The position numbers and the translations under genes were made by a program. Below are positions 52,471-64,000 of a stretch of 64,000 bases of DNA, in pieces. The notes beneath the pieces are model-generated. The model worked only from the letters and a program-made list of their open reading frames with translations. It did no database searches and was not told the DNA's origin. This DNA comes from Camelus ferus (taxonomy: Eukaryota), in NCBI RefSeq assembly GCF_009834535.1, contig NC_045697.1:27034001-27098000 (forward strand). Direction: 5' to 3'. How positions within the stretch are numbered: position 1 is the first letter of the stretch; the number at the start of each line of letters is the position of its first letter.

Positions 52471-53336
52471 AAAAATAGCCTCACCAAACACTATTCCCTG
52501 CAGGAAGGTCTCTGGAAGACAGATATGAAATCCAAGAGGTCTCTGTCTTTTTCGTTATTTTAAACGTCATCCTATTAAGTTTGGTTATCTGGTTTTCCAT
52601 CCTGTAGAAACTGAAAGCTGCAAACTAGAAGAGAGGAGAGGCGGCACTGAGCAGACGAGAGACTCAGGTAGGGCTGGGCTGCTCCCTAACCATGTGAACT
52701 TAACCATCAGGAGCCTTTGCTGCTTTGCCTGTAAAATGGGTATAAGAGGGATATTTTTGAGGGTTAAATGAGAAAATGTACATAAAGCACCTAGATCTAT
52801 GCCAAATATATAAAGTTCACTCTACAAAAGACAATGGCAATTATGCTGAAACACGTGAAACTGCTGCTTCTCTAAGTCAAGAACACTGACCAACAGCCTG
52901 GGCCGGGCAGGTACTCTTGTTGATCGTGAGGATGTGGGGGCAGGGGACCCGCAGAGAGGGGCTGGGGGCAGAAGAGCAGGTATTTACTGAGCAGGAAGTA
53001 TTTCAACTTTTGGACAAATGCGCTGACAAGGGCACAGAGCCCAAGGAAAACATTTTCCTTTAAATACTCATGAGAATTCAAAGTATGGGGATCTGCAGCT
53101 ACTGCAAACATGGGCAGGAGTGCCACACACCTCAAAAGTCACTCAGGGCGTGGTGTCTTATGAGACAATACCCAGTGCTTCAGAACAATGACCCTGATTT
53201 ATCTAATCAAGATTAAACTAATCCTCTATTTAAGAAGTCAGAGGTTTCGAATACATTTCAGAAGAGGAAAAAAAATGTTTAAAGGCATAAAGGTTAAACT
53301 TTTTAAAAGTTTCAACACTTAAGAATAGATCACAGA

Positions 53337-53474
53337 TTTATATACATATACATGTTTATTTACACACACGCATATATATATTCCTTTTCAGATTAATTTT
53401 TACTATAGGCCATTACGAGGTATTGAATATCGTTCCCTGTGCTATACAGTAAGACAATACTTCAATAAAAAGAT
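53337..53474. mobile_element. Short 5'-inverted LINE-1 insertion
   Basis: 14-bp TSD GAATAGATCACAGA at 53323-53336 and 53475-53488. An antisense L1 3' UTR segment is followed by the sense tail ATACTTCAATAAAAA. Confidence 0.75.
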
Positions 53475-54169
53475 GAATAGATCACAGAATAGGCAAATCC
53501 AAATCCATAGGCAGAGAGCAGAGTAGGCGTTACCCACAGATGGAGAGGGAAGTGGATGGAGAAAGGAAGTGAATGCTTAACGGAGTCAGAGTTTCATTCT
53601 GGGATGACGAGAAAGTTCTAGAACTAGACAGTGGCGATAACGCTACATCATTGCGGCATTCATTCATGTCAATGAACTGTACACTTTAAAACGGGTATAA
53701 CGGTAAATTTTTTGTTATGTGGGTTTCACCATAATATTTTTTACAGCACCAAAAAAAAAAAAAAAAAGAACAGATAATACTTGAATGCTTATTATACTAA
53801 GCACTGTATATGCAGGATCTCACAAGAATGCTAGGAGGTAAATATTATCTTAGAGGAGGAAACTGAGGCTCCACAAGGTAATGTGACTTTTCCCCAAATC
53901 GAAGTGAGGCCATGATTAAAAGGTAAGCCATCACCTCCAGGGCTGACTCTGCAAAACTCTGACTGACTGACTCTTAGAACACTCACTTCTGTGAAATCCT
54001 CCTGGTCAGTTAATTCGGAGGCTGAGCTATAAGAAAGCTTAGGTAAAAGGTGCTGCCAATAACTTCAGAAACATCGACAGGAGAGTCCATACAAATCCTG
54101 GCTCTTTGAAGCAGGTTTTTAATAAAATGTATGGACACAGAATTGTTCTGGGCATTAAAACAGCCATAC

Positions 54170-54241
54170 CTTCATTCTTCATGATGTAGTGGACAATCTG
54201 GCCAACGGTGTCACTATTTTCATTTACACTGTCGTTCAACT
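54170..54241 (-). CDS. RELL1: RELL1 exon 3 (72 nt)
   Basis: Acceptor ctttctctttcag| and donor AG|gtatgg. Encodes (E)LNDSVNENSDTVGQIVHYIMKNE, phase 1-1. Confidence 0.95.
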
Positions 54242-54729
54242 CTGAAAGAGAAAGGAGGGGGAGGACGGGTTACAACTGGTTCACCTGCCTCAAATCAATG
54301 AGACACCGTCTTTGAGTGCAACACCTCTCTGAACAGTCTCCAGAAAGCTCAACCAGTCACTCACAGTGCCAAAAGCTATGCTTTCTTCCCTCAGGCCCAA
54401 GCTGCCTGATGCGCACAGCGCACACAGTGACTTCCTTGGCATAACAGGCATAAAAAGCATCAGAGTCATCCATCAATCTCTTCTCAAGTCCAAATACACA
54501 CTCAGTTTCCAAGACAACAATTCCTTGCATCTATATCAGTCCTCACTACTATCATTTCTCTCTCAACAGTTTGTTAAATATTTAGGGGAAATGAAAAGAA
54601 GAAAGCAAATGAAAAGAAAAAAATTCTCCTTGGATTTTAATCACACATGTACCATATAAATTTAGAGTATTAATTTATTTCTTAAAGTAAGTAATTATTC
54701 ATCTGTGTTTACAAGACTCTACTATTTTA

Positions 54730-55062
54730 TATATTTTTTAAGGCTTGTGGTTTTGTTTTCTGTTTTTTTGTTTATTTACAATGTTGTATTAGTTTCTGGT
54801 GTACAGCACAGTGATTGTTATATGTATACATACTCTTTTTCATTCCAGGTTACTACAAGCCACTGAGTAGAGTTCCCTGTTATACAGTAGGTCCTTGTTA
54901 TTTTCTGCATGTATGTTCTGTTGTATGTATTCTGTACATAGTAGTTTGTATCAGCCAATCCCAAAACTCCCAATTTATCCCTCCCTCCCACCTACCCCCA
55001 CTGGTAACCGTAAGTTTGTTTTCTATGTCTATGAGTCTCTGTTTTGTAAATAAGTTCATTTG
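54730..55062 (-). mobile_element. 5'-truncated LINE-1 3' end
   Basis: Antisense L1 3' UTR motifs. Flanking near-duplication AAGACTCTACTATT / AAGACTCTCCTATT. Confidence 0.8.
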
Positions 55063-56329
55063 TAAGACTCTCCTATTCCTTTAAATGCACTTCGAAGTGA
55101 TCTAAATTTTGGCTGTAGTTATTTGCCCACACACTCAGTTTACCTTGGGGGACTCTGTACACAGGATAGTCTTTGAAAAAAAGAATCAAACCTCCACTCT
55201 GAAACTGATCTGTATAATTTTCTTCAATAACACAGGAGGGAAGAGGGAGGATTGCCCTTATTCACACACAGGGTGTGTGATATCCTACCCGTATATCTGG
55301 AAGAGTGTCTTCTCCATCCATTGCCGCGTCCTCCTCCATGAATACGTACCTCTGGTTGGAGGACGCACATGGTAACCGCTAAGCCAACCTACAGAGCATC
55401 TACAAAGGAGGGGGACGTTCCGCTTTCTGTTGATAAACACTCAGCCTTGGTTTGGCCATAAGCTTACACATGATTCATCCTGCAACCATGTTCTCTCTCT
55501 GCCTCAAAGGTCAGTGGGGGTGGGAAAAACCAACAGGCCAGCAAGCTGGCAAGGAATGAGGAAGCTCCCCCCACTCTGCCCTTGGGCCAGCTTGGAGGGT
55601 GACCTACTCCAAATGCCACCTTTCTGCAAAAACTGCCCTTTGAGGGGCTGAAAGGGACAAGGAGAGTCATCTACTCTCCAAGGCTTTAAAGGATTGTTGG
55701 AAAGAATGTCTGTGAGAAAACAGGATTTCATCTCTCAGGGTTTTCCAAACCCTATGCTGCAACTCCGTGTTAAGAGGAAAAGGGGAGACACTCTGAGATC
55801 AAGACAAAGGCACCAGTTCTTGCCGGACTTTTACTGCACTGTTCACACAGCCATTTACCTAATAAACACAAACTCCAACTTCGTAGACTGAAGATAGAAC
55901 TCAAAGGTAGCACCACAAAAATGGTGAGACCTGTTGAGTTTTCCCATTCTCATTAGACTCTAATTTGAACAATAGGAAGGATTAATATTTACTGAGCGGC
56001 CATATGTGCCAAACACCAAGTGCAGCTTCTGCCTAAATTTCACCATAATCCTACAAGGTGGAGATTATTGTCCTCTTTTAAGTTAAATTAAAATTTTAAT
56101 TAAGTTGGTGTGAAATTAATTGAAAATAAATGTAAGTTAAATTATACATAGCAGCAATTGAGAGCATATGTAACTTGCCCCAAAGCCACGAGGCAAGTAA
56201 GAGTAAATGAGCTGGTAGTTATTTAATAAATGAAAGCAAGGTTTCTACCTCTAGGTGTGGTTACTGTGAAATCCATGCTGACACTGCACTACACCATCTG
56301 CCTTTAAGTCGGACCATTTTGCAAAAGTG

Positions 56330-57123
56330 CTGTCGACGATGTGGAGAAAAGGGAACCCTTCTGCACTGTTGGTGGGAATGTAAATTGGTGCAGCCACTGT
56401 GGAAAATAGAGGTTCCTCAAAAAATTAAAAATAGATCTACCGTATGATCCAGCATTTCCATTTCTGGGTGTATACCCAAAGGAAATGAAAACAATCTTGA
56501 AGACATATATGCACTTCCATGTTTATTGCAGAATTATTCATAATAGCCAAGATATAGAAGCAACCTAAGTGCCCATCAATGAACGAATGGATAAAGAAGA
56601 CATGGGGTGTATGTGAATGTGTGTATTTATGTGCATATATATAGTGGAATATTATTCAACCATGAGAAAAGATATCTTACCATTTTTGACAACATGGATG
56701 GACTATGAGCACATTACACTCAGTGAAATGAGTCAGACAGAAAAAGACAAGTACTGTCTGTTATCACTTATATGTGGAATCTAAAAAAGCCAAACTTGTA
56801 AAAACAGAGAATAAAATGGTGGTTACCAGGGCACAAAGGATGGGGAGATACGGCAGATGTTGCTTAAGGGTATGAACTTACAACAAATAGTAAATAAACT
56901 CTAAAGAGCTAATGCACAGTGTAGTGAATACAGACAGCAATACTGTATTATAATCATCAAACTTGCTAAGAAACTAGATTCCCAGCACTAAAAAGAAGTG
57001 ATGGAGGTGCTAATTATTACTACAATGGCAATCATATTACAATACATAAATGTCTCAGACTAACATGTTGTACACCTTAAATTTACACAATGTTATATGT
57101 TAAACATATTTTGATAAAATAAA
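56330..57123 (+). mobile_element. LINE-1 3' portion (ORF2 end plus 3' UTR)
   Basis: GATGTGGAGAAAAGGGAACCCT...GGTGGGAATGTAAATTGGTGCAGCC...TGTACACCTTAAATTTACACAATG. Confidence 0.9.
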
Positions 57124-57223
57124 GATGGATCATTTTGCCTTAAGATGAAAAATACGTATGACTAGTTTCTTATTTAAAAATCGTTTGCGCCCACATTCCC
57201 ATAAAAGAATCCAGGTTATTTAC

Positions 57224-57445
57224 CTATCTTTTCAACCTTTTCTTCCACGTCTTGCTCGGCTTCTGTCGTGCAACGATAGCCTTTCTTCTTAAGCAGGTGG
57301 CAGATGAGGACACCAAAGAGACCCATGATGAAGAACACGGGGACAAGCGCGTACGCGATGTACTCTGGGTGTCCGTTCCCAGTGTTGTTTGTGGGTGAGG
57401 GCGTCGTCTCGGTTCTGGAGTGTAACGTGTGGCTGCCACCATTGT
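57224..57445 (-). CDS. RELL1: RELL1 exon 2 (222 nt): ectodomain, transmembrane helix, juxtamembrane region
   Basis: Acceptor ttacttcctcag| and donor AG|gtaaat. Encodes (D)NGGSHTLHSRTETTPSPTNNTGNGHPEYIAYALVPVFFIMGLFGVLICHLLKKKGYRCTTEAEQDVEEKVEKI, with a hydrophobic TM followed by KKK. Exon 1 lies outside the window. Confidence 0.95.
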   Translation of the reverse strand, partial: TMVAATRYTPEPRRRPHPQTTLGTDTQSTSRTRLSPCSSSWVSLVSSSATCLRRKAIVARQKPSKTWKKRLKR

Positions 57446-57609
57446 CTGAGGAAGTAACATGCATAGCTGCGTCAGATGTCTATTGGGGACAAGAAAATAT
57501 GACAACCTTGGGAAATGTTCCCATTAAATCCAAAGTCTGCTCCCCAAACCACAGGCCATGCAGAGAATGGCAGGTCTATACAGGCACACAGGCTTGGGCT
57601 GAAACAGTC

Positions 57610-58180
57610 TTTTTTTTTTTTTTTCAATCAAAGTATTGTTGATTTACAATGTTGTGTTAATTTCTGGTGTATAGCATAGTGATTCAGTTATACATACAAA
57701 TATATTCTTTTTCAGATTATTTTCCATTATACTTTATTACAAGATATTGAATATAGTTCCCTATGCTATTCAGTAGGTCCTTGTTTATTTTATACATAGT
57801 AGTATACATATGTTAATCCCAAAGTCCTAATTTATCCCTCCCCACTTTCCTCTTTGGTAACCATAAGTTTATTTTGTACGTTTTATAAATAAGTTCATTT
57901 GTATCATTCTTTTTAGATTGTACATATAAGTGCTATCATACAATATTTGTCTTCCTCTGACTTATTTCACTTAGTATGATAATCTCTAAGTCCATGTAGC
58001 TGCAAATGGTATTATTTCACCCTTTTTCTGTCACTGGGTAATATTCCATTATATATATACACCACATCTTCTTTATCCATTCATCTGTTGATGGACATTT
58101 AGGTTGCTTCCATGTCTTGACTATTGTAAATAGTACTGCTAGAAACATTGGGATGCATGTATCTTTTTGAATTAAAGTTC
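57610..58180 (-). mobile_element. 5'-truncated LINE-1 3' end
   Basis: ORF 58017-58247 contains the L1 ORF2 C-terminal IQKDTCIPMFLAVLFTIVKTWKQPKCPSTDEWIKKMW. Poly(T) at the left end. Confidence 0.9.
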
Positions 58181-59738
58181 TCATCCTGTCCCTGCTATTC
58201 ATAACCTGGGTCTCACCCTGGGTAACTTCTTTAAAAATCCGCTCCAAGCCAGCCTCTACTTCTCACCTGTATGGACACCTACAAAGCATGGAGTGGATGT
58301 ACAGAGTTTCAGCGAAGGGTCCACACAGAGTAAATACATCATTAGGTGCTGTTAAAGCAGGGTACTTAATGGTTAAGAGCACAGACTCAGGAGACTTGGG
58401 GTCAAGCCCCAGCTTCACCACTTGGCAGTTGTGTGATGATGGACAATGACTGAATCTCTGTGCTTCAGTTTCTTGTGAAATAGGCAAACTATTAAACAGT
58501 ACCTACCCACCCTTTTAGAGCTGTTATAAAGATGAAATAAATTAATAAATGTAAAACATCTAGAACCATTTCTACAATACAGTAAATGCTCAACTACATG
58601 CCAGGAACTATCCTAGGCATTTGTAACATACCATGGAGCAAAACAGATGAAGATTCCTGTCCTCACAGAGTATATGTCCCAGAAATATTTAGTAAATTGA
58701 CAGCTCTCGTGTATGCAGAGGGAAAAGGCCAGGATGGCATCAAGATTTTGGCCTAGTGTACAAACATAAAAATGGAAGCATGTGCATTTGTTTATTTGTA
58801 CGCTGACCCAAATTAACGTTTATGGCATGTCTGCTACGTGAAAAGCACTAGCTGGGAGCTGGGTAGAGTGGTAAACAACATAGCATGACCAACGCCATCT
58901 CGGAGCTTGTAGGGTAGAATTGGAAACAGGTACTGAACAAGTCAACACGTGGGCAGACACGAAAGACTGGGAGAAAATGCTCGTGGAAGGTAAACACAGG
59001 GCACTAAAAGAACCAGTAACAGTGGGGACCTATTTTATGACTTCAAAAGTAGGGCAGCTGGGAAGGGGGCATCTTCGGGAGAAACGGAGAAATCTGCTTT
59101 TTGACAAGCCGAAGTTCCACATGGACTTATACCAGAGGCAGCCAGATATCCGGGCCCGTGGGGATGCCACACAGACGCTGAGAGGTCCCTGGATATGGGG
59201 GAACTGAATCGTCTCTATGAAGGAGTGAGAGGGAGAAACTGTGAGCCCAGCTGGTACAACTACAGGACACAGCCAATTAGGATAACGGAGAAAGAGCCGA
59301 CTAGGTGGAAAATCAACGAAGTACCCGTTCAGACACACAAAATGAGGAGGGAATCACCAGATTTAAAAGGACAAGGACTAAAGAAAACTGTGGGGTTTGA
59401 CTGAAATGAAGTCTCCTTATTTGGAATATTCAGATTCTGAAGTGATGAAATGAAGTTTTCTACATCAGGGAGGTTCACACATACTGCTTAAGAAACTGGA
59501 AAGCTAGATACATTTCATTATAAACTCTAGCAAGAGTATTTAGGTGAAAAAAGAACGTATGTTGTAATGATTACATGGAGACAAATACCAGGTGCGAGGT
59601 GACCACATTTTATCACTGCAGCAAACAGCATCAAAACAGAGGCCACAGGACAAAAGGCTCTCTCTCTTTCACATGAAAAATATCCTTTATCTCTGAACAT
59701 GAAAGGAAATTGCTGGCTTCTTAGGTTTGTAAAAGGTT

Positions 59739-59905
59739 TTTTTAAATTTAATTTTTAGTTTTTTAATTTTTACTTTTTTTTAAGGGGGCATAGGCAATTA
59801 GGTTTATCTATTTATTTACTTCTTTTGGTGGAGGTACCGGGGATTGAACACAGGACTTCATGCATGCTAGGCAGGCACTCTAACCACTGAGCATACCCTC
59901 CCCCG
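59739..59905 (-). mobile_element. tRNA-derived SINE, camelid Vic-1 type
   Basis: Antisense SINE body. TSD TAGGTTTGTAAAAGGTT / TAGGTTGGTAAAAGGTT. Confidence 0.85.
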
Positions 59906-60684
59906 TGTAGGTTGGTAAAAGGTTGCATCCATTATTTTATCAAGTAACCTTTAAAATTTGGGATAACCTATACTTTTTTTTATTTCTCTTCCAAGAATCA
60001 ATATAATTAATAAATGAATGAATGAATGAATAAGAGTACACACACACACACACTTCCTAAAACATATGCAAATATATCATCTAAATTAGGGTTTAACCTC
60101 AAGACTTTCTTTCAGTAAAAACCAGAAATTAACTCCTGTTACAATTCGAAGTGTTTTATTTATTAATTCTTTTTTAAAAACATATTCCACGCAATAGGAA
60201 TAGATGAAGCAGGCAGCATGCTAAGACTGAAAGAACTTTACTCAGAATCATGATCTGTTTCAGTCAGGAGGTGGTAATAAATTCTCTTTGTGGGGCAGTA
60301 GGATCAGCGATGAAGGCAGAGGGGCTCAGAACTGGAGCCATGCAGATCCTCCTGAATCAGGTGATTGAGAATGTACATTCATCACTAATTTGACATCTAG
60401 CAAACCCTTGCAAATACTACACATATATAGCTTCTGATTTACAAACGTGTATCAGTCAATCTCGTAATTACTGAACCGTGGCAAAAGTGAAGAAGACTGT
60501 ACCTAAATTAGCGACACATGAAAGACAGAGAGACGCAATACAGCACTTTTAAAATGTCAGGCTGCCTGGCATAAATAATAGCTTGGCCACTGACTGCCCG
60601 TGTCACTTTGAGCAAGTTTTATTAACTGCTCTTTGCTCAGTCTCCTCATCTGTAAAATGGAATTGCAATGATTGTACCTTTCTA

Positions 60685-61138
60685 TGATGATTTTAAAACA
60701 TGGTCCGAAATTCTTTGGTACTGCTCCCATGGAGAAGAGAGGTCTGTATCTCTACCCTTTGAATATATATTGTGTGCTTTGCCTGACCAGTAGAAAATGT
60801 TGGAAGTGACGTTTCGTCCATTTCTAAGTACCAGGCCTTAAGAAACGGATAGCTTCCACTTCCTGTCTCTTGGAGCAGTTGGTTGTTTTTGGAACCCAGC
60901 CACCACGCTATGAGGAAGCCCAAGCTGCCCCAAACAGAAAAACCAGTAACAGTCATCAACTTGCTAACTACGTAACTAAGTGCATCCTATAGCCCCAGCT
61001 GGTGCTACTTGGAGCAGAGATGAGCTATTTCTGATGAACCTGTCCAAACTGTAGATTCTTTAGCAAAATAAATGACTATTATTGTTTTAAGCCAGTAAGC
61101 TTTGTGGTAATTTTTCATATGGCAATAGTAACTGAAAG
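60685..61138 (+). mobile_element. MLT1-type (MaLR) LTR splitting a MIR
   Basis: LTR 3' signature AATAAATGACTATTATTGTTTTAAGCCA...GCAATAGTAACTGAA. MIR core CTCATCTGTAAAATGG lies before it and MIR continuation TTGTGAGGGTTAAAT after it. Confidence 0.7.
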
Positions 61139-61913
61139 ACTATTTCATAAAGTCATTGTGAGGGTTAAATACATTAATACGTAAAGCACTTAAAAGAGTA
61201 TTTAGGAAAAGATAAGCACTGTAAAAGTGTTTAGTCATCATCTTGATAGAACTGCACTATCCAACATGGTAACCACCAACCACAAATAGCTATTTAAATT
61301 TAAATCCATTAAAAATAGATAAAATTAAAAATTCAGTTCCTCCATTGGACTAACCATATTTCAAGTGTTCAGTAGTCACATGTGGCTAACTGCTTCCCTA
61401 TTGGACAGATCAAATAAAGAACATTTCCATCATCTTGAAAAGTTCTGTTGGACAGCACTGTTATAAAGAACACTAAAGAACAAAATGTTGACTGGAGAAT
61501 CTACTGTGATCTACCCTAGCAATTCAATTAAGAATAATTTTTAAATCATAAACCAACTACTCACAATTAATGCCTAATATATTTAACTTACGTAGGTTTA
61601 GCTTTCCTTCAATTTATACTGATAATTTACTTAGAGACACTGTCCATCTTTTCTCTTCACCCTCAGCTGAATCATATCTAAATTCTGAAAAACTTATTTG
61701 AATTCAAATTAATATCAAAGATTTTTGTAGTATTATTTATAAAAGTCAAAAAACAGCAACAACCTGCATGTTTGACAATGAGATAATAATAAAATATCTA
61801 AGTCAATATCTGTTTATCCATTTGATGGAATAATATGCACCATTTAAAACAAGATTCTGTTAAGATATGGGAACACACTTATATTCAATGTTAAATTTAA
61901 AAAACAGGATTCA

Positions 61914-61943
61914 GTGCTCACTTCGGCAGCACATATACTAAAA
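61914..61943 (+). pseudogene. 3'-truncated U6 snRNA retrocopy (U6 nt 1-30)
   Basis: GTGCTCACTTCGGCAGCACATATACTAAAA versus U6 5' end GTGCTCGCTTCGGCAGCACATATACTAAAA (1 mismatch). Flanked by 15-bp near-perfect direct repeats. Confidence 0.9.
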
Positions 61944-62395
61944 AACTGGATTCAAAATCTTACATACAGTTGATACAACTAGTAAAAAAAAAAGCATGAA
62001 GGAATAAAATGTACAAAGAAATAACTAAAATATTAAGTGATTCTGGGTAACTGAATAATTAATAATAATTTTATTTTTATGATTTTCTGTAATTTTCTAA
62101 AATTCTTATGTATGAATTACTTTTGTATCAAGGTGGTATAAGCACTTGAAAAAACAGATACAAAACTGAGGGTATCAGCCATTGGGAGTCACAGACCCCT
62201 TGGTAAACTTGTTGGATGCTGAAGTTCCTATTCCAAAATTTTGCCTCCAAGGTCTGCAAGCTCTGGACCTTAAGTTAATACGCGGGCAAGTGACTTGATA
62301 AGGATGATGTACAAGCTTCTTCCTGAGTAACATGGTGGACACGGGCACCATTCACTGAGATGAAAAGTATTTGGGAAAAAAGTCAAGTTTGCATA

Positions 62396-62850
62396 GCGTT
62401 AAGGGTTGAATTTTGCCTCCTTCTCAATTCATATGTTGAAGTCTTAACCCCCAGTACCTCAGAATGTGACCACATAAGGACACAGGATCTTTACAAAGGT
62501 AGCAAAGTTAAAATGAAGTCATTAGGGTAGATCCTAATGCCATATGGCTGCTTAAAAAGGGGGGAAAATTTGAAGGCAGACATACACAAATGGAAAATAC
62601 CATGTGAAGATAAAGGCAGAGATGAGGGTGATGCTTCTACAAGCCAAAGGGCACCAAAGATTGCCAGCAAACCACCACGAGCTAGGGGAGTCGTGGGGCA
62701 GATTCTTCCTCACAGACAACAGAAGAAAGCAACTCTGTTGACCCCGACCTTGGACTTCCATTCTCCAGAACAGAGAGACAATAAATTTCTCCTTTTAAAA
62801 TCACCTAGTTTGTGGTTCTTTGTCACAGGAGCCCTAGGAAACTAATATAC
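62396..62850 (+). mobile_element. MLT1 (MaLR) solo LTR
   Basis: GGGTTGAATTTTGCCTCC...TTCATATGTTGAAGTCTTAACCCCCAGTACCTCAGAATGTGAC...GCCCTAGGAAACTAATA. Confidence 0.85.
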
Positions 62851-62887
62851 CTTGGCATGAAGAAGACAATATCACACGTTCAGTTTT

Positions 62888-63031
62888 TAGTTTTTGCATT
62901 TTTTTTTTTGGTGGGGGAGGGAGGTAATTAGGTTTATTTATTTTTCTATTTTTAATGAAGGTACTGAGGATTGAACCTAGGACCTTTGCATGCTAAGCAT
63001 ACACTCTACCCCTGAGCTATACCCTCCCCCG
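62888..63031 (-). mobile_element. tRNA-derived SINE, camelid Vic-1 type
   Basis: Antisense SINE body. Perfect 16-bp TSD TCACACGTTCAGTTTT at 62872-62887 and 63032-63047. Confidence 0.9.
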
Positions 63032-63249
63032 TCACACGTTCAGTTTTGAGCCTGTGGTGATAAAAGTGAGCACAGGGACATCCAGGTGGAAATATCTACT
63101 GAGCAACTGGATCTGCTCCAGGAAGAAGCTGAGGACAAGAAGCTAGGGTTCTACCTCAGAACACAGAAGAAAGAACTTCCAGCAGGAACGAGCAGTCAGC
63201 TAGGGCAGATGCTTTAGGAGACAGCGAGAGCAACTAAAGCAGGAAGGAA

Positions 63250-64000
63250 ATGTAAAACGGTACTGCCACTATGGAAAACAGTATAGAGGTGCCTCAGAAA
63301 ACTAAAAATAGAACTACCACATGATCCAGCAATCCCATTTCTGGGTATCTATCCAAAAGAACGGAAATTAGGATTTTTGAGAGCTATCTGCACTTCCATG
63401 TTCTTTGCAGCACTATTTACAATAGCTAAGAAAGGGAAACAACCTAAATGTTCACTGATGGTTGAATGGATAAAAAATGTGATATACACAGATAAACGAA
63501 TCCCACTCAGCATTCAGTTTTTAAAAAGGAGGAAATCCTGCCATAGGGGACAACATAGATGGATCTGGAACATATTATGCCAAGTGAAATAAGCCAGTCA
63601 CCGAAGGACAAATACTGCATGATTCCACTTTCAGTTTTGTTGGTTTGTCTGTGTTTTTTTGGCAGGGGTGGGGGGCGGGGGTGGTGATTATTTTTAATGG
63701 AGGTACTGGGGATTGAACCCAGGACCTGGTAAATGTTAAGCACAAACTCTACCACTGAGCTGTACCCTCCCCACATGATTCCACTTACACAAGGTAACTA
63801 AGTCAAATTCATAGAAAGAGAGAAAAATGGAGGCTGCCAGGAGCTAGGAGGGAAAAATGGGTAGCTGCTATTCAACAGATATGAAGTTTCAGTTTTGCAA
63901 GATGAGTAAGTTTCAGATATTTGTTGTACAGCATTGTGTCCATAGTTAACAACTCTGTATTGTGCACTTAAACATTTGTTAAGAGGGTAATTCTCATGTT
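63250..64000 (+). mobile_element. LINE-1 3' portion (L1MA/MB-like), interrupted by a SINE
   Basis: ORF 63377-63592 resembles the L1 ORF2 C-terminus (CTSMFFAALFTIAK..KQPKC). Sequence continues as L1 3' UTR to the window end. Confidence 0.85.
63631..63773 (-). mobile_element. tRNA-derived SINE, camelid Vic-1 type, nested in L1
   Basis: Perfect 13-bp TSD CATGATTCCACTT at 63618-63630 and 63774-63786, duplicating L1 sequence. Confidence 0.9.

Noticed and set aside
43961..57464. Track ORF starts for RELL1 segments (MAGISS..., MHVTSS..., MNDSV...)
   Set aside because: These are intronic extensions or non-initiating codons; true boundaries are set by the splice sites.
61914..61943. Functional U6 snRNA gene
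   Set aside because: Only ~30 nt present, flanked by a TSD, with no recognisable PSE/TATA promoter.
1..64000. CRISPR arrays, operons, prophage or other prokaryotic systems
   Set aside because: The sequence is plainly mammalian (spliced genes, L1/MIR/MaLR repeats). No regularly spaced repeat array or foreign gene-dense segment was seen.

Overview
Mammalian genomic DNA, most likely a camelid (alpaca/camel), judged from five tRNA-derived Vic-1-type SINEs and artiodactyl-type L1 ends. It holds the 3' parts of two convergent spliced genes, as in the human 4p14 region. On + are the two coding exons of C4orf19/PGCKA1 (14597-14628 and 15677-16604; 319 aa, N-terminal MGCRCC). On - are RELL1 coding exons 2-6 (57445 down to 41045) and a probable ~2.9 kb non-coding last exon (~27225-30168); RELL1 exon 1 lies beyond the window. 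The rest is intron and intergenic sequence rich in L1, MIR, MLT/MaLR LTR and DNA-transposon relics, and nearly all other ORFs in the track are noise. I see no new multi-gene system. The most unusual structures are retrotransposition footprints: a 257-bp TSD-flanked element that looks like a spliced L1 (5' end joined to 3' UTR), a tailless U6 retrocopy and a twin-primed L1. Also notable are inverted L1 ends bracketing RELL1 exons 4-6 (434 nt, the circRELL1 unit) and an overlapping uORF with a second AUG at the C4orf19 start. Gene and repeat-family names come from recalled consensus sequences, not database searches.
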